Part shown: one piece after another, positions 53,755 to 56,601 of the stretch
Layout: the number at the start of each line of letters is the position of its first letter
Numbering within the stretch: the stretch's first letter is position 1
From: an uncultured Bacilli bacterium
GTDB taxonomy: Bacteria; Bacillota_I; Bacilli_A; RF39; UBA660
NCBI GenBank assembly: GCA_947589495.1
Contig: CANQAK010000005.1
Span: 1-56,601, forward strand
Length of the DNA: 56,601 nucleotides
Direction of reading: 5' to 3'
Notes under the pieces: model-generated
Told to the model about the DNA's origin: nothing
The model's input: only the letters and a program-made list of their open reading frames with translations
The model's database searches: none
Made by a program: the position numbers and the translations under genes

Positions 53755-54000
53755 TTATTCAAAAAATCTTCCAATATTAGTATTTAACACAATTGAAATT
53801 TTATACAATGTTTTTAAAGAACAACCAACTTTACCTTTTTTAAATTCTAATCTTCTAACAAAATCATAAGAAAGACCAATATCTACTGCTAACTGTTCTT
53901 GAGTAATTCCTTCCTTTAAACGATATTTTTTAATATTTTTAGAAACAACCTCCATAATATTTTCATTAAATTCATATTCTTTTCTTTCAAACGTTACCAT
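53755..54000 (-). CDS. Small XRE-family HTH protein
   Basis: NIKKYRLKEGITQEQLAVDIGLSYDFVRRLE. Confidence 0.88.
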   Translation of the reverse strand: MVTFERKEYEFNENIMEVVSKNIKKYRLKEGITQEQLAVDIGLSYDFVRRLEFKKGKVGCSLKTLYKISIVLNTNIGRFFE

Positions 54001-54103
54001 AATTTAATCACCCAATACATTGTGACATTAAAAAACTATAAAGTCCGGTAACTATTATGTCCTGTTTATGTTATAATATACATTATAAAGGTAAAGTGAT
54101 ATT

Positions 54104-54310
54104 ATGAAAAATCCCTATGTTTTTTATATAAAAATTATAAAACCTATTGAAAATAAATACACTAGATACTGTATTTTACATTCAATATTTAAAATTAATT
54201 ACTTTAAAAGAAAAAAACAATTTTATAATAAAATTTTAATAGAGTATTATAGAATGTTACAAAACGATTATAAAAATATTAAAGAACTTGAAAAAAGAAT
54301 ATCTAAATAA
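54104..54310 (+). CDS. Small basic hypothetical protein
   Basis: Fills the gap divergent from XRE; extended -10 TGTTATAAT upstream. Confidence 0.45.
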   Translation: MKNPYVFYIKIIKPIENKYTRYCILHSIFKINYFKRKKQFYNKILIEYYRMLQNDYKNIKELEKRISK

Positions 54311-54311
54311 T

Positions 54312-55916
54312 TTATTTTAAATTAATTAAATATTCTTTATTTCTAATTGTAATAGCTAAATATAATTCATCAGCGTCATTAATTTCATTTGATGTTTCTA
54401 AAACTATTTTATCTTTTAAATTACTTGGGGTATTATTTTTAATTGTTAAATATTTTTCTTGATTATTAATTATCGCTTTAATTTTCAAAAAATTATTAAC
54501 AAACCCTGCAATATTACTTGAAGTTTTATAATATGGAATATTATTATCAAGATTAAATTTATATCCTAAAACAACCAAAGTTTTATCTTTTTGCATAAAA
54601 TCAATATTTACTTGATTTTTATAAGTATTACATTTATCGTCTTGACATACTTCATAATCATATATATATTTATCAGTTATTACTACATCACTAACTTTAA
54701 AAGTAGAATCCCCTAAATTAGAATTAATTAAAGAAATTTCATCATTTTTTTTATATTTTCCTTCAGTTGAAACTTGAGTAATTATTGTTGGTGAAATACT
54801 TATATTATTAAATTTACCAATTTGTAAACTGTTACTTAATACAAAACCACTTTCTATTTTTATTTTATAATTTTTTTTAACTTCATTTTTATTTATTTTA
54901 TATACTAAAGAAAAATAATTTTGACTACCAGGATCTAATTCTTTACCATAATATTCATTAGCGTAATCTATAAATCTTTTACCCATATCTTTTACTGGAT
55001 ATTCATATCTATTATTAACATCTAATCGAAACTTATTATAATCAAGTGCTATTTTTTCAGTTGTTTTATTTTCAATATTTAATTTTACAACAACATAATA
55101 ATAATCATTACTTATAATATCTCCTTTATAATCTAAATTTGTAATAATACTATCTTCAATACGATATTGTAATCCCGTTATATTAAATAAATCACCTTGT
55201 CTATAATTAGTATCTACTATTTCTGGTAAAGCTTTATAAACAATAAATGCTACTCCAAAAAATAAAAATATACAAATTAGAATAAAAATAAACTTATTTT
55301 CAACAATATAATATTGAAATTCTCTTATAAATCTTCGCAAATTCCTTTGAATTTTTACGCCATCTTTTTTAAAAGTTATTTCTACTTCTTCATTATCTTC
55401 TTCTGATATTTCTAATTCTTTTAAATCTTCTTTAAAATTAAATTTATGAATATTAAATCCAAATCCTCTTAATAAAAATAAAATAATAAATAAAGGTTGG
55501 GGTATAAATGATAAAATTGATAAATCTCGATAAACTCTAATAGTACCAGAACTTAAAGTTGTAGATTCTAAAGTAATCATTACATTTTTTATTACACTTA
55601 AAAATATTAAAAATATAACAAAATAAATTATACTCGATATATAAATTTTACTAGGTTTCTTTTTATAATAAAATAACAATACAATTGCAGCTAATCCAAA
55701 AATGATTAAAAGAATAAGAATATTTAATAAAGCTGAAATATAATTAGAATAAAAACCTGCATAAAAACTACCTGTATAATTACTAGTAATAAAGTTTTGA
55801 AAAAAAACTATTATATTATAAGTTTTATATGCTACATAAAAAGAAAGTATTGCTATTAAAAAATGAATAATTTTAAAATGTTTAATTAAAAATGCATATG
55901 GCTTTCTAAATATCAT
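54312..55916 (-). CDS. Multi-pass membrane protein with large exported beta-rich domain
   Basis: About five TM segments then YYVVVKLNIENK-type Ig-like domain. Confidence 0.7.
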   Translation of the reverse strand: MIFRKPYAFLIKHFKIIHFLIAILSFYVAYKTYNIIVFFQNFITSNYTGSFYAGFYSNYISALLNILILLIIFGLAAIVLLFYYKKKPSKIYISSIIYFVIFLIFLSVIKNVMITLESTTLSSGTIRVYRDLSILSFIPQPLFIILFLLRGFGFNIHKFNFKEDLKELEISEEDNEEVEITFKKDGVKIQRNLRRFIREFQYYIVENKFIFILICIFLFFGVAFIVYKALPEIVDTNYRQGDLFNITGLQYRIEDSIITNLDYKGDIISNDYYYVVVKLNIENKTTEKIALDYNKFRLDVNNRYEYPVKDMGKRFIDYANEYYGKELDPGSQNYFSLVYKINKNEVKKNYKIKIESGFVLSNSLQIGKFNNISISPTIITQVSTEGKYKKNDEISLINSNLGDSTFKVSDVVITDKYIYDYEVCQDDKCNTYKNQVNIDFMQKDKTLVVLGYKFNLDNNIPYYKTSSNIAGFVNNFLKIKAIINNQEKYLTIKNNTPSNLKDKIVLETSNEINDADELYLAITIRNKEYLINLK

Positions 55917-56014
55917 ATTCTATTCTCCTATTATTCATTTTACTAAATTTCCAATAAAAAGTAAATTATAATAAATAAACTAGATTGCATTTAACACATA
56001 TCTAGTTTAATAAA

Positions 56015-56464
56015 TTATTTTTTATTAACAAGTAATTGACCTGCCATTAAATAAATAGTACCATTTTCATCTAAAAATTTATCTTTATTACTATTAAATA
56101 TTTTTATAACCTCATCAATTGTATCACCTTCAGCAGTTATATAATAAGAATATCCACTTTTAGGTATAAGTATTTGTTGATTTGGATAAATATAATCATC
56201 CATATTTAATCCATTCATACTTGCTAATAATTCAGGATTAATATTGTATTTTCTAGCAATTGCATATAAACTATCTCCTTTTTCTACTACATAATAATTA
56301 AAATAATCTTTACTTTCAGTTGGAACAATTAATTCCATATCAGCTCTTAAATCTTCTAAAAAATATAAATTGTTAATATCTTGTAATATTTTAACACTAG
56401 TATTAAATTTTTTAGCTACATCTTCTAAACTTTCATTACTTTTTAAACGATAACTTTCAAACAT
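56015..56464 (-). CDS. LysM-repeat peptidoglycan-binding protein
   Basis: YVVEKGDSLYAIARKYNI...LASMNGL...IYPNQQILIP plus two degenerate repeats. Confidence 0.9.
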   Translation of the reverse strand: MFESYRLKSNESLEDVAKKFNTSVKILQDINNLYFLEDLRADMELIVPTESKDYFNYYVVEKGDSLYAIARKYNINPELLASMNGLNMDDYIYPNQQILIPKSGYSYYITAEGDTIDEVIKIFNSNKDKFLDENGTIYLMAGQLLVNKK

Positions 56465-56601
56465 TTAACCCACCTTCTAATATAAAGTATGAAAAAAACA
56501 CAAATGTGTTATTAAGAAATAAAAAGGTTCTTAAACATTAAGGAGTGATGAATAAAAAATCATCATTCTTTTTTGAAGATCTAAATACATTAGTAGCAAA
56601 T

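Noticed and set aside
1-56601. DGR reverse transcriptase, Avd or template repeat within the window
   Set aside because: No ORF shows RT motifs and no intergenic AAC/AAT-rich copy of the VRs is visible; the larger gaps are explained by the sRNA, T-box, L10 leader and tRNA.
1-56601. Mycoplasma-type genetic code 4
   Set aside because: Conserved genes are full length under code 11, Trp is TGG, and several ORFs end naturally at TGA.

Overview
Low-GC chromosomal window read in the standard bacterial code (TGA is a stop). Gene content (sigH, GH25, LysM, T-box, L10 leader) suggests an uncultured Bacilli/RF39-like organism; that taxonomy is inference. Most of the window is housekeeping: uvrB, proS, rlmB-sigH, rplKAJL, rpsL-rpsG-fusA-tuf, pheST, tRNA-Cys, transporters and peptidases. 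The standout locus is 14.1-18.4 kb, two tandem cassettes with the same layout: a conserved 63-bp 3' element, a membrane-anchored surface-protein gene ending in a GC-rich hypervariable segment with the codon signature of diversity-generating retroelement (DGR) variable regions, a consensus promoter overlaid by three palindromic operators, and a divergent small XRE regulator. The two cassettes use different operator palindromes and different XRE recognition helices. I saw no reverse transcriptase or template repeat in the window. Other candidates are a fully delimited small structured RNA convergent with a DUF3800 gene, a three-gene operon of mTERF-like repeat proteins behind sigH, L11 with a long acidic tail, and the absence of rpoBC between rplL and rpsL. 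All assignments are by-eye motif recognition and manual alignment; no searches were run.
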